A DNA stretch of 62,274 bases, filler included, from Sphacelaria rigidula (lineage: Eukaryota), in the NCBI GenBank assembly GCA_964200075.2. It is 7 parts of 7 records of this genome, joined end to end, with 100 filler letters (N's around TTAATTAATTAA, not from the genome) between each part and the next. Parts side by side here need not be neighbours in the genome. Positions count along the whole stretch, not along the records: positions 17,826 to 26,636 come from CAXNAA020010037.1; positions 26,737 to 35,547 come from CAXNAA020010038.1; positions 35,648 to 44,457 come from CAXNAA020010039.1; 4 more parts are not named here. The stretch is one strand, 5' to 3'. Shown here piece by piece: positions 26,115 to 39,251 of the stretch. Under the pieces are notes generated by a model. It had not been told where the DNA came from. It saw only the letters and a list, made by a program, of their open reading frames with translations, and did no database searches. Each line of letters starts with the position of its first letter. Position 1 is the stretch's first letter. Made by a program: the position numbers and the translations under genes.

Positions 26115-26255
26115 ATCTAGGGATTGGCACGACGGGGCGCTGAAAGCGTCCAAGGCCGCTGGCCTGCGCGATAAGCTGGGGCCGGTTTGCGCGTCGCATG
26201 AGGTGCAAGGCAAGATTTGCCCGTTCTTCAGCACCAAGTACGGGCTCAATCCCGA
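26115..26255 (+). CDS. XYLB: Xylulose kinase, internal exon C (gene truncated by both contig ends)
   Basis: AACAG acceptor, GA|GTGAGT donor; phase 2 join with exon B. Encodes (R)SRDWHDGALKASKAAGLRDKLGPVCASHEVQGKICPFFSTKYGLNP, collinear with XYLB W....L......L..KL.P......V.G.I..Y...YG..P. Confidence 0.88.
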
Positions 26256-29200
26256 GTGAGTTCGTTTACCCCCAGGCTGCAAGCGTCGTCTCGGGAACAT
26301 GAAGTTGTTTCATTCGCAGTCCCGTGGGTGAAGGTTGAGGGACTGTAAGCTTTTTGGAGGGGTGGAGAGGGGGTCAGAGCGTGGTCGGGAACCCTTGGAA
26401 CAGCCCAGGGGCTGAGCGAGGTAACCACGTGACCAATCAGAACTAGGAATGTGTTGCCGTTGACGGCTTCCCTGTTATTGTCCATGTTCCATCTGTTGTT
26501 TCTGATTCGTTCTTTCGCCCAAACGCGCCGCAAAACGCACCTTGCCTCCCGTCCCGTCCCGTCCCCCCCCCCCCTCGCCGCCACACCGCCCCCCCCCCCC
26601 CTCCTGCCCACCCGCCCCAGCCCGGCGCCCCGAGTCNNNNNNNNNNNNNNNNNNNNNNNNNNNNNNNNNNNNNNNNNNNNTTAATTAATTAANNNNNNNN
26701 NNNNNNNNNNNNNNNNNNNNNNNNNNNNNNNNNNNNCATTATACTAAAACCAAGTAATTTGCAGACGAATCATCATTTGTCCGGCCCTTGGAACCTTATA
26801 TCCCAGCTTATTTTGAGCGATACACTCGTATACACATATCATGTGAATACAGCAGTGCTATAATGGCGATCATCCTTGCACACGACAGGAGTGTTTGGTG
26901 CACTGTGATATCGTACTATCTGTGCTGTAGTGTGTACCCTACTTGGTGCCCCCACGTAGCGTACCTGTCCAGTATATCCGGTATATTATATGTGTCCAAC
27001 ACACAAATAATATGTGAGCTACGATTAAAGCTTCATCTCGAATCCTGTGTAAAGCCTATAGACCCCCCCCCCCGTCTTGGAATACAAGGGCCAGGCACGA
27101 TGATACCGAAACCAACGCGAGTTTGAATCAAAAGTCTCGACCCCGCCCTCCCCTTCCCACCCCCCCGACATCCGAGCCTGGTTCGGTGAAAACCCGGCGT
27201 GCTCCACCCCGGCTTTGTAGGGATGTGAGGTCAACGATCTCACGGCTTATAGCATGCAATACAATCCGGACACCCGCCACCCGACAACCCATACCTCTGA
27301 ACCCCTGAGGAAAACGAAGTCTGGATCGTAAGGGCATTTGCCGCCGGAGGTACCACATACATTGCTGCTAAGCGACTCACCACACAGTAGTGAGACACAC
27401 GGAACACAGCGGAGTGACACAAGATACAACCTACAGTGATGGTAAGGGACAGGAGCGTTCAGAACACTGCACTTTCACTGCTGTTGCGGTCAGCACCGGG
27501 CTGGGGTCCATTGCTAACGGTTTCCGTGTAACGGGGAGCGACTTGACCCAACAAAATAGCGGAGAAAGACCGGGGGTGTGGCACATTTTCATCTCTGCAT
27601 CCATCGGTCGACAGGGGGAATAACGCGCGGCAGAAAAAAGCTACAGTTGTTTGTCTGTACTCGTGCTGTATTCAAGTACGTGGTGAAGCATGAGCACCGT
27701 CTGCATCATCGCACCACGCGGATGTACAGTATGTATTTTTTTTCGATCTCCAAGTTTTTCGAGACGCATACTCGTACAGACAGAGGACGGATGCAAGGGA
27801 GCCCGCTCGGTCAGTCAAAGGAGAGCAGAGAGGTACTTTCAACAGTGGTTGTAAAATATCGACAAATTTCGACGAGAGTGATTCGTAGCGAAAGAAACAA
27901 ACGGCTCAAGTGTGTTGGTGTGGTTGATGTCTACGAGCACGAGCACCGTCACTGCCGAGAAAACAAGCTTGAAATATGATGAAATACCCCAGAAAGTACG
28001 TTCAACATCATGTGCCTCCAGAGGCGGTACCTACGGTATGTAGTAATAGAGTACATCGAGTGCCAATCACGGCGGGAGCATACAAGCCCATCAGTCACTA
28101 CGCGACAATCAACCAATGCATCCATCAGTAGCACTGACAGACATCGTCATGGATCTACGTACACATCTCGAGATGAAGGGGGGTAAGGAGGAGGCGGAGG
28201 GGGGGGGCAATGATTGTGTCTGGGCCAGGGATACAAATTTAACCATGAAAAAAAGGCGATACCCTCGCTTGCACAGAGGCCCTTCGCCGGTCGTGGTGGG
28301 TAGATGGGGATGCTCATGTTTGGGGAGGTTTTTATCTCTCCGGTCGCCTGGCCGGTCGTACTGATGATTGGAATGGTGAAATCTGATCGAGTTGCCTAGT
28401 CTATTTTCGCGAGGGAGGGGGGGGGGCGAGGGAGCGTACAGTCAGCAAGGCATAGGAGGGCTTCCATTTCACGCGTGCATTTCGTGTATAGTGTGGCGAT
28501 TGATAGATGCATGGTTGGTCGCTGGAAAGTTTGGGTGACGCATACACACGCACGTACCCCACGCATGCATGACGTACCAAAACCAAAAGTCAATATATCA
28601 TCACACCCAAGGAGAGAGCGGTATACAAAATATATGAACGCGCGGAAATGTATGTTTTGCCGCCAACTGGGACTTGAACCCTGTCTTCTGCAAAGCAAAA
28701 AGAAGTAAACCGTGTGTATCGAGGATTACATTACCGACGACTACCCTGCGATTACGATGGGCATGCAAGCGGAAGAGTAATGCGCGCGGGCTGCGCGCTG
28801 CGGGCTGTGCCGGGGCCCGGACGCCTGGAAATTTTGAGAGACCTTGCGGTTCAGTCGAAACATACCAGCCGACAACAAACGACAGAAACACTACCGCAGT
28901 AGAAATGTCAACCAATGTTTTGAATTTCCTGTACTGTACGTACGACAAAGTAGCATTCGAAGACATATCCGCTACACGGACACCAACCCATCCTTCCCGA
29001 TGTTGTCAGCGGGCGGGGGTGACCACCGAGTGTATTTTTTCTCATCATTATTCAACGTGATAGATCTACCTCCTCTCTTGGAAGCGACGAAATTCCTGCA
29101 ACACCCTCACTGAGAGAATGTGGCGTCGTTTGGAACGGCAGCCACGTCGGTACGAGACAAAAAAATCCAGGAGCGGGGTATTTCGGGAGAATGTACGGCC

Positions 29201-30927
29201 GTTGCCTCATCAGACAAAACCCCGCGGGTGCTGAAAATCTTTAGATTATTTTCGTCGGTGAGCTGTGTTTGCTGTTTGTCTCGACCCTAATATTAAAATC
29301 ATCTGGGGCCCCTTCCCGAGACACGGGTACGTGCGCTGTATCCCTTCCACCGGAACACGACAATATCATGCCTTATACGCCGGGAACAACTGCTTCGACC
29401 ATGATGTTTCCAAAACACGGTGCTATTCATGCTACCGAAACCTTGCGCTATTGGAAATATCTCGTTTAGACCGCTCCATGAGCAGCAGATTTAGGCCCTG
29501 TACGGTGAGGGGAAAACTTCGCAAATGGGGGTGTTATACTCCGTCATAACATGTAGCCCAAAAATGTGAATGGTCTTGTGTCGGTCTCGGCGCCCCTTCA
29601 ACGACGTGTTCTACCAGCAGACACCTCTATGGCGCAAGAAGCGGTGTCGTAAGTAACGCGAGATGCTGATCACCGCAAGGACATCTATGATTCATGTGCG
29701 ATTGCTTGAGTTTTGTGCGCCACAACGGCGGCGGGTCGTAGGCCGCTCTGCTATGCGTGGACTTGACTTGCGGCCGGCCTTGCAACACACATACGTTGCA
29801 AGTTTCAAGAACAAAATGGTGTGCAATATCCCGCTGCTGTCGTGCTGCACTGACCCTCCAGGATACACAAACCTCGTGCTAGTCGTTGCGCGATGCATCT
29901 CTGTCTCTTATTCAAGCGTGGGATTGTTTCGTCCTTGACTGTCTTCCCTCCCTGGTTGTTTCGGCAATGCCTTACGCTGAAGTCCACCCACGCACACAAA
30001 CACTTCAATCAACATATCCCAACGAAACAAGTGACATGGGAAGACGGCATGTCAAAAGTGTAACGGACCGCACGCGCAATCTTTCAATATCTCAATCTTT
30101 CAATATTCGAGATTGCACCTGAAGCGAAAGAGCAGCAGACCTGGGGTACTTACTCACCGCTGTCTCGCCAGCACGATTTTCCTGCAGGCGTAGAGGAATT
30201 AGCTTCTCTTCAGTGCTCTCGTATCAAGTGATCCCCTGCGCGTGATTTGGATGATGTACGTGTTCTTGTTGTGGCTTGGTGTAGCACGTGGGCAGTCAGC
30301 GTCAAGCAGGGAGTCCCAAGTCCTACAGAGCATGATAGGCTTATTATTCATAATCATTTTCGACTTAATACCCATATTAGTCCCGTTGATTTCCGAGCTC
30401 ACAGCGCACAGCGCACCCAACATACACAGTGGAAAAATAGCGCTCTTACACGTTACACTGGCAGCTGATTGTCTTAAGTTAAAATCGCTGATAATTTTTC
30501 AATTTCTCTCTTGAGCATTCACATGGCGTTGCCTTTACGTGTGTTGTCATCCTATCATTCTGGACGCCGGTCTATCAAAAATAAGCAAGACATCGCAGAA
30601 AGGAGGTGGTGTACTAAAAAATGAAAAATGAAGACATTCTGTATTGGACTTCCTCCTGTGTGACCCCGGCTGGTCCGCCCACATAGAGCGAAAGGGGTGA
30701 ACTGGCGTCCCGAGTAGATGGGGTGACAACACACTATTTGTAATGTAGGTCGTCTGCTGTTTGATCGCGGATCTGAACAAAAGTGGATGTAACATTCCCA
30801 TACCCAAAGTCATTTTCCAACATCCATGCTCCTTATCGCTGCTTACTTGGCGAGCTTGCAGTAGTTGTATACAAGTCTGCCATAGCAACGGTTTGTGTAC
30901 CTATCTGAGAAGAGACCGACATCCATC

Positions 30928-31066
30928 ATGCTAGCCGCAAGACGGTCTTTACCGGGCGCGACCGCCGCTCGCGCGGCCTCGTTGACTAAAGGAATGGCCC
31001 GTTCCGTACCTGTCACGACGACCACTGTGCGAGCGCTTGCTGCTGCGGGAGGTGCGCCTCGAAAAG
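30928..31066 (+). CDS. Candidate first exon encoding a mitochondrial-presequence-like peptide
   Basis: CCATCATG start; MLAARRSLPGATAARAASLTKGMARSVPVTTTTVRALAAAGGAPRK is R/A/S/T-rich with no acidic residues; G|GTGATT donor. No downstream exon was confirmed. Confidence 0.35.
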
Positions 31067-33659
31067 GTGATTCTCATGGAAGGACGTGCAGCTGAGAGGT
31101 GTTCGCAGTAGTGTCGGTGACATTGCTTGGCGCGAAATCAGCATATGGAGAGTGTAGTATGCATGACACGTTATTGCACACGCAAATTCAGAAACCGCAC
31201 GATCGGATCCAGCGTTCCAGCATTGGGGTCTGTTCACCTACCGGTGTACAAAACAGGCATGTCGTACTCGTACAGACAGAGACAAGACAAAGAACAGAGA
31301 GAGCAACAACAGTACGCTGTATTTATACAACATGACAGACAGTATACGAGAGACAGGGGCAGGCGCAAATCAGTCGAAGCAATCCGATACACCAGTACAG
31401 CAGTAGCACAGCGTGACAACCCTACAGTACAGCCAACGCAGTATAGTGAGTGGGAAATTAGTACGTCCTTCAAGAGGCGCTTTTCTTGATTTCCTTGCTG
31501 TCTCTCGGGCTTCCTCATTATTTGCTGTACGGGAACAACTTCAAATCTTTCTGGTGACGAAATACAGAAGGAAAACGACAGTCGGTACATGGACGATCAC
31601 ACCCGGTGCTATTTATCTGTTCTTTGTGAATGCACGGCGGTGCAGTATAGTACAGTACATTGAAGTACAGGCAAGCCAAGGCGAGGGACCAAAGACCCCT
31701 GCGAAGAGATTGCGCTCTCGCGCTCTGCCTCCGAACTGTGTGTTCCGTTCTTGGCGTACAAAGTATCAAATGAAGCACTGAACTGACAGTGTGCGGCACT
31801 CGCAAGATATCCATGCAGCTGTTCCCGAATGGTTCAACAATTATTATTGTAGTGATATGGAGGCGGTATCTTTGAAAGTCACCCCTTCAGACACACCACA
31901 CCTGTTGTCCGATAATACTAAATCTTCCAGTATATATTGCTTGATGCCGCAGGTGAGTGTTGAAGCCACAGGTTCGGTCTTTAACGACGCCCAGAGGCGC
32001 TGTGTGGATTGAAAGGACGATCATGAGCCCTTCACGCTTCAATCGGAACTGTTTTGTAATTGCTAATGACAGTTATAGAGAGTACGGTGTCTAACCGGCG
32101 CAGCATAGTGGTAGGGCTCCGCCCGCTCACCGGTCGACCCTCGCAGTAAACACGGGTAACAGGCACGGTGGCGGCTGCGTCATTTATGTGAGGTTGCTGT
32201 CCTCAACCTTCACTCACCGTCTCGCGCTAGACTTGGCCGAGAAGCCGAGTCGGGGCTACGACCAACTTTTATGGAAACGAATATCGAATTTTTTGAGACC
32301 CTGATTTTGAAAAAATCGGAGGGGACTCAAATTCGCGAACTCAAAATCGAGGGGACCGTTTTATGACACAGACAGTATCACAGACGTGTGAAACAGTTCT
32401 GGATGAGTGTGGTACTGCGTACTCGTGTATGAAGCCGAAGAGCAGGCAGACGGTGAATAGTCCTTCGCGCACAGTGTCGTGCCTTGGTAGTCTGGGGTAA
32501 TACAGTGCAGGACACTCCAGGAGTACAGTACATGATGATGCCGTGTGCTAATACATCATGACACAGTTGGTAGTACGAAAACAGTGAATAAACAGTGCCA
32601 AGCAGAGTTCAGCAGTGCAGTGCCATACATCACCCTGCAAGTGCAGCGACAACAGACCAGGAGAGTACGGCACCGTTCGTTATAGTGATACATATGGCAA
32701 CGCAGCGCAGCATAAAATGTTACCATCGCCCCAGGGTACGGCGTTAGCACTTATTATCCACTTGTCAAACCGCGTGCGAAGCTGCTTCAGTAGCTGGCGA
32801 GGGCAGGCACGTCCTACCCGCTGTCACGAGACTGTCTGCTGCTGCGGTTACAAAGGTATCAAACGCCTTGTACCCTACTATTGTACGTCAATGCACGTAC
32901 GTCACCTCCAAATAAACGGGGGGAGTCCCGATCTCGAAATCATTCCGAGATCGTGACTCCCCGGTTTTTTCGCCCCCGATTTGGTCCAAATCCATGTCTA
33001 TAAAATGCGTTACCCGTTTTTTTCCCCCCGATGCTCGAAAAAATCGAGATTGGTGACAGCGATAAAAGTTGATGTAACTACTGTGTGTTCTGCCAAGGAC
33101 CACTAACTGTGAGCCTCTTCGGAAAGGGGGCAACGTCCCCTCACAGACAAAACCATAGTTTGGGTAGCCTACATTACGACCAACTGACTATCACGGGCGC
33201 TGCTATTCTTGTCTTCGTTTGCCGGAATCAACTTGGAATCTGTTTGTTGGCGGCTCCTACGTGAAGATCTCGAGGATTAAGCAACATTCACCTTGTGCTT
33301 CTTTTGCGGAGTTTTTTTCACCGTGCCAGTTAATCCTACAATTCGACAGGGTGCGATTTTCACGCACGTGTACAATGAATTGATTGAGAGGTTGCAAGAA
33401 TCCAGCTCGTGGTCAGGAGCAGAATAAGAAAGAAGAAATGGAACAGAAAAAGACAGAAGCAACAGACGCAGGAAGGAAAAAAGGAAGGAAACAACGACAA
33501 CAACAACAATAGCACACACAAACACGAACACGAACACAAACACAATTGTCACGCATGAATTGCGGACATTCCAGCGCCGCCGAAGGGTGGTCTGTGGTTT
33601 ACGTGGTGCCGCCAGTAGTGCAGTACTGCGGGATTCATGTACACAGTGCAAATCTGATC

Positions 33660-34570
33660 TCTCCAATTCGGGTAGCCCGATGAATCGTGTATATTGCGAC
33701 CGTTATTTGTGGGGACAAATCTGTGTATATACAACTCGGAGGATTTCAGCCCGTCTACGGGCGATTTTCTCCAGTGAACTGATTTTTCGGACCCTCAGAG
33801 AATGTTCGGGCACTGTTTCTCGGCTAGCCGTGAGAGAACTGAATCAATCCTCCGCTTCTACGGACGTTGACCTTTTGGCATGTCACCCTTCACCCTTCTG
33901 CTGAAATAGAGACACTCCTGAAAAGGTGTGCGCAAGGGACATATCTGGGCCGCAGATGTGTTTCTTTTGTAACCCTTCTGCTGAAATAGAGACACTCCTG
34001 AGAAAGTGTGCGCAAGGGACAGATCTGGGCCGCAGATGTGTTTCTTTTGTACATGAAGAATGTTCTTCAAGGAGAGTTTCTATCTTGCTTTTGTGTCGGG
34101 TATGTCTGTCATGTGACCACTGCTGGATCCCCTGGAGATGAGTTAAAGTGAGTGAATCAATGGATCAAATCAATCAGTATTCGGGGTTATCTCGATTCAA
34201 GCAGAAAGGTGACGCACCAAAAGTCAGCGTCCAGAGAATCAGAGACATGATCCGGTTTTATCACAGCTAGCCGAGAAACACGTGCCCAACGGACTGGGGT
34301 CCTAAAAATTACTCCACAGGGGAAGATCGTCTCCATATACCGGATAAAATCCTCAGATTTGTACAAGTGCAGATTTATCCCCAAGGAAAAACGATCTCTA
34401 GAGGGCGCGTTAGCTTTACGCGGTGGCATGCGTCCTTTTGTCATCCGAGTGCCTCAGCCTTGTTGGTTGCCTGTAGAGCCAGCTTTCCGCGCTGATGTGG
34501 TCATGAATGTGTTCCCATTTCGAATTCAGCACAATTCATGCTGTGGAGCATGACCATGACCATTAATGAG
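33660..34570 (-). mobile_element. Decayed Penelope-like reverse transcriptase remnant, containing an 80-bp tandem duplication (33892-34051)
   Basis: Ordered degenerate motifs N.AEFE.G, LYRQ, P..AN, FIRYM(D)DL.LW (needs a 2-nt indel) and VSDSLD; many stops and frameshifts. Confidence 0.45.
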
Positions 34571-34617
34571 AAAGTGGACGCTCTTAACCCGAACGTCGCC
34601 TCCGTATTAGAGGCTAG

Positions 34618-34980
34618 TTTACCGGCGTTGAGCTACAAATGTCCATAGTTGACACGATTTTATGAGTATCGCTACCCCTAACCCTAATCCCAAACCCAAC
34701 GCATACCGAAAACCCTCGGGCGAGAGCGGTACATACATTCCCTAGGCAAAGTGCGGCCTTGGTAGACCCCAAATCGGTGCCTGTGGCGCCGATTACAATG
34801 AAAACGCGTTCTGCGCATGCGGGGAGCACACGGGACTGTCAGCCCCACTAAAATTCCGGTTCTCGTTGGTTGATTGATTATCTCGCATTAGCTGATTGCA
34901 ACAATCCAGCACGTGATCGTTGTACACACTCAAATCAAGTAAATTTCAATCATGGACATTTGTAGCCCAACGCCGGTAAA
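34618..34980. mobile_element. TIR MITE with internal CCCTAA repeats (related fragment about 49305-49485)
   Basis: 29-bp TIR TTTACCGGCGTTGRGCTACAAATGTCCAT; shares GCATACCGARAACCCTCGGGC plus the telomeric module with 9864-10198. Confidence 0.8.
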
Positions 34981-35206
34981 GTCTACTGCCATATTTATGA
35001 ACGGGGATAACACTGCAAGACGTTTTCTCATGTCCGAGGAACACTGTGCTGTCAAATGACCATATGTGAAGCGGGTACAGGTTTTACATGGCCATCTTCG
35101 AAGCGGGTGGCATAGACGTAATCCGAACGTGAAGATCCAACTCTGAAAGCGAGCTCCAGTGTCCCATGACCATCCTTGAACCGGACGGGACAAGGGCCAA
35201 TGTTAA

Positions 35207-35476
35207 CCCTTTCAAGGGTCGGACAAATAATGATGCGTCTGCAAATTACTTGGTTTTAGTATGATGAGTCGACTCGTGACGAATCAATCCCTAGACTCTA
35301 CTTTATTTCAGCGTTGCAACCCAGGTACACGCAGCCCAGACACGTGGAATGGCGCAACAGTTGCGTGGATACCCCTTGGGGAGGCGAGAGTTGGTGGTCT
35401 GTTGAGTAGGCACCAATTTCACTTGAAAAATGTATGCATGATCCAGATAGACTGTCGTACCCTCGCGGTTCGAGGG
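35207..35476. mobile_element. piggyBac-type MITE with intact TTAA duplication (partial copies 26737-26790, 44585-44735, 47263-47370, 54940-55097; short relatives 46660-46770, 60423-60525)
   Basis: TTAA|CCCT ... AGGG|TTAA; internal sequence repeated in three contigs. Confidence 0.85.
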
Positions 35477-35649
35477 TTAACGGGCTGAAAAAAAAAAAAA
35501 ACGGGCGGGGGCAGGGTCTTCTTTCGAAAGGAGGAAGCAGGAAGGCGNNNNNNNNNNNNNNNNNNNNNNNNNNNNNNNNNNNNNNNNNNNNTTAATTAAT
35601 TAANNNNNNNNNNNNNNNNNNNNNNNNNNNNNNNNNNNNNNNNNNNNCC

Positions 35650-35948
35650 CTCACACTTTGAACCCCCCCCCTTCCTCGGGATGAGTCCGTGGTCTCAAGG
35701 AATCAACCCTTCTCTCCCCCGGTACGTGCCTTTCATTTTGGTTTCGCGGATTATGTCAGCACTCCCGCACCGCATCAACTCACGTCACACAAACCCGTCG
35801 ACTACTTTTGTTTACTCACGTCCTCACGCTTCCCACGGTGGGAATCATACATTGCAAAGAAAAAACCAAACGCATCGGGAACTGAACCCCCGTTCTCTCC
35901 ACCCTAATGGCGACAGTCGGGCCATTACACCACCGGGGCGCGGCTGCA
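35650..35948 (-). mobile_element. tRNA-derived SINE (partial copies at 36080-36215 and, on the plus strand, about 15825-16220)
   Basis: The minus strand reads GCCCCGGTGGTGTAATGG (box A) ... GGGTTCAGTTCCC (box B); the body recurs at the listed positions. Confidence 0.7.
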
Positions 35949-36330
35949 AAAGTACTGCGTAATGTATAGGCCGAATTGTCACTTTCGTCGACCGGCAAAA
36001 GTTACAAGTGGCGTATACTTAACCCACTACCTTTTCGTCTATTGCATCATCTTTGTTCGCTTTTATTATTTTTATTTGTCGCACTTTGAATCCCTCCCCT
36101 CCCTCAGGACGAGTTCGTGGTCTTCAGGGATCAACCCATCTCTCCCCGGTATCTGTTGACGATATTTTGTCCAGGATGTGCTATTTTGTCGTCTTCCCTC
36201 ATTCCCTTCTCTTTCCTACTTTTTCGTTTCGTTGTACCGTGACTGTCGCAAATGTCCTGCCCCCCCCCCCCTTTGCGAACCTTTTGTTTTTCACTTTCAC
36301 TTTTGCTTTTGCTTTTGTTTTTGTTTTTAG

Positions 36331-36461
36331 CCCAATTTCGCGAGATCGTGGAACTGTACGAGATGGAACAGTCCAACATCCGCCATCGTGACGAGGGGAA
36401 AAAGTCCAAGTATTACGACCCTCTCGTCGAGGGGGAATTCCGCGACGAAGATAAAATGTAG
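36331..36461 (+). CDS. Probable terminal exon of an unidentified gene
   Basis: Long T-rich tract and TTTAG acceptor; QFREIVELYEMEQSNIRHRDEGKKSKYYDPLVEGEFRDEDKM* with strong third-position C/G bias; followed by UTR-like sequence. Family not recognised. Confidence 0.55.
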
Positions 36462-36721
36462 TTATGGTACAGAATACAAGGTGGTCGGATGTGCTTCTGG
36501 TACTATCGTTCTTGTCGATGCCGTGGGTACAGCGGTGGCGAAAGGTTCGGGGATAAAAAACGTGTTCGGTCCTACACTTGTACTGTAGCACGAAACGTCA
36601 TGTTTCATCTCCCAAGATGGGAACGTCAGGGTATAATGTTGACAAAAAAGAAGAAAGATGGTTTCTCGCTCTATACATATATATATTTTTTCGTTTTTTA
36701 TCCTCTCGCCCCACGTGCTCT

Positions 36722-36761
<40 letters not shown>

Positions 36762-38959
36762 TGTGTCTGTGTCTGTGTGTGTTTGTGTGTGGTGTCGTCG
36801 GTGTGATCGTTTTCAGCGTGCTCCAGTGAGCGTGTATGTATGTTGGGTGTCTTGGACGTGCGATTGAAATGCAAAGCACACGTGCCTTTTTGTGTAAGTG
36901 TGTATAGTATTAATGTAGGTGTTTTTTTTGTGTCGAATACCCGTAGACGGCCGGAACGATCGATTCGATACAGTCGTCACTGCTCTCGCGAAGTAAAAAT
37001 ATTTGGTCAGTATCTGTTTTTTTTTTTTTCTCTCTCTCGCTTTGCGCACGTGCCGAAGCGGTGTACTGCACGTAGTTGCTCAACAAGCATACGGGTTATT
37101 TGACGGCCTTGAGATTGAGATGAAGAAGCTGTTGAAATGGAATAGTACACATTCTTTCGTGACGTGGGTCCCTCCCATAAGCTCGTCACCTTGGGTGCAA
37201 GTTCGCTTGCTCGGCAGGTGCAGTCGACAGGCGCTATCCTTCCGAACCGGATTTGTCTTGTCCATCCTTCGCCCGAAAATAAAGCACGGTATTTTTCACA
37301 CCGCTGTGAAATTTTTGGCAGGTGTTTTGTTTTCCTCTGACTTGGGGAGAAATTCATACACCGAGTTGCCCCCCCTTGGGTTATCGTGCAGTGTGTACCG
37401 CATGGTACTTGTCAGTTTATGAGAGTTGGTAGGTGCCTGATCACTGACACTCTGAGCCACGCCGAGGGTAGAAAGCCGCGGGAGTCTGTTGTAATTGCCT
37501 AATCAAGCCTGCGAGGGAGCGCATTTCACTAGGTCAGCAATCCTGTTGTGCTGGTACAAATTTACATGGGCGAAAAATGTACTCATACTGTACGCAGTAT
37601 ACATTCCGAAATAAATTTGACAGTTTCATCCACTTATCCTCACTGTATAGGATTGATGCTTCTAACTTAACTGCCAGAGATAAATCAAATAACAGCAGAA
37701 ATAAACACAAAACACTTATTTTTTTCATCATACACGAAACCCCCTAAAATTACTGGAGGTTTATCAAGTGAAGCATTTCCTAACAAAGTAAAATATATAT
37801 ACTTGAATTTCACGGAGTGCATTTGTACGGTGCATTCTGCCCGGGGCGTACTCTATTGGAAGGGGGGTAACGACTGCTGTTCTTGTCGTCCCGGCCGTGC
37901 CCTCAGGAGTTGCTCACAACTGTAGCCACAGAAGCGGTCGGCAACTTGGTCTGTAGCCGCATTTCTATGGAAGCGTTTGTGGGCCTAAGAACCAATCGCT
38001 GCCGTGTTGATACACTGCTGCTGTATGAGTGTGTGCGTGTGTTTACACCGGGCGTCACGACACACGTCTAAGCACCGCCAACTGACAGTATGCCCCTGAC
38101 TTGAACACACGCGCACGCACGCTGCTTTGCGGGCGTCAGACGGCTCAACGAAGCGTCTAGTGGCGTTATCATGGATCCGAGCGGCAGGCGTATGCGATTG
38201 ATTTTTGGCGTGAGTGGCAAATAGTTTGATGTGATTGCTTGCTTTAACTGGATGCCTCGGGGATCCAGCCGTGGTCACACGATAGACGTACTCGAGACGA
38301 AACAAAACCGGAAACACTCGCTGAAGAGAAGTGAATAAAAAACAGAAGAGCCCCCAGTAGAAAACAGACAGAGTAAACTAAGAGAAGACGCGGACAAAAA
38401 ACAAAACAGAAAAACGGACAGGACAGAAAAAGAGGAATGGCCGGCCTCCGTCACGTGATTTCGGTGGAAAGGTTTTGCGTAGAAACCACACTACAGGAAG
38501 TCTTACACCCAATCGTAAAAAAAAAGACGTGGGGTAAGAACATGGCTCATCTTTTGTACTACGGCCTCATTATTTGGGTACGAAACCTTTCATCCATGGA
38601 CTCTACGGAAGCGAGACATCAACTGCTCTGGCACACACCAGCAGGCAAGCACACGCACACAAGGAGACGTGAGAAGGGGAGATGAGACAAGGAGCATACA
38701 GAAGAAGTGATGAAGCCCAAAGGATGAAAGTAAGCGGAGTAGATCCAAACACACACCAGAGGTCACCGCAGAACCACCGATCGAGGACAAAATCGACAAT
38801 CGATACGGACAGAGAGGATTCTCCAATGGTGGCTCCCGGCGCGGCAGTCCCTCGTTTATGACGGCGGTCCGATTCTCGTTTGTCTTCGCGTCGCCATGTG
38901 CACTCAAACTCTTCCGCTCCTTTTTCGACTTCAAGATGCCATGCCCATATTCTTCGACA

Positions 38960-39150
38960 CAGTGCGGCGTCCGCCAAGGGCAGCTCTGCGGAGTATTGGG
39001 CTGGGGTGCGAAAAATCGGACTTTCGCTAAACCTCAAGGCTTGGCGAAAAAATCTCGCCGCTTCATTTTGGGAGAAGGTGCGAAAAAAAGTGCGAAAACG
39101 CCTAAAATTAGGGCGATCTCCCAAAAAACTGTGTCGATAATAACGGCCCC
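38960..39150. repeat. Dispersed repeat end (copy 43375-43562; linked segments 42690-42845 and 43290-43360 match 44790-45030 inverted)
   Basis: Direct homology ending ..ACTGTGTCGATAATAACGGCCC in both copies. Confidence 0.75.
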
Positions 39151-39210
39151 AAGTAGTGACTGGACATACGTGAGTACGTATGTTTGCCGCATTGGCACCT
39201 CGAGCCTACG

Positions 39211-39251
<41 letters not shown>

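Noticed and set aside
26256..26300. Fourth XYLB exon right after exon C
   Set aside because: Would need an intron of about 20 nt and does not yield the expected GDNP motif.
29170..29230. Hammerhead ribozyme on the minus strand (CTGATGA-GGC-AACG-GCC)
   Set aside because: The core is followed by GTAC rather than GAAA, and no stem I / NUH arrangement can be built.
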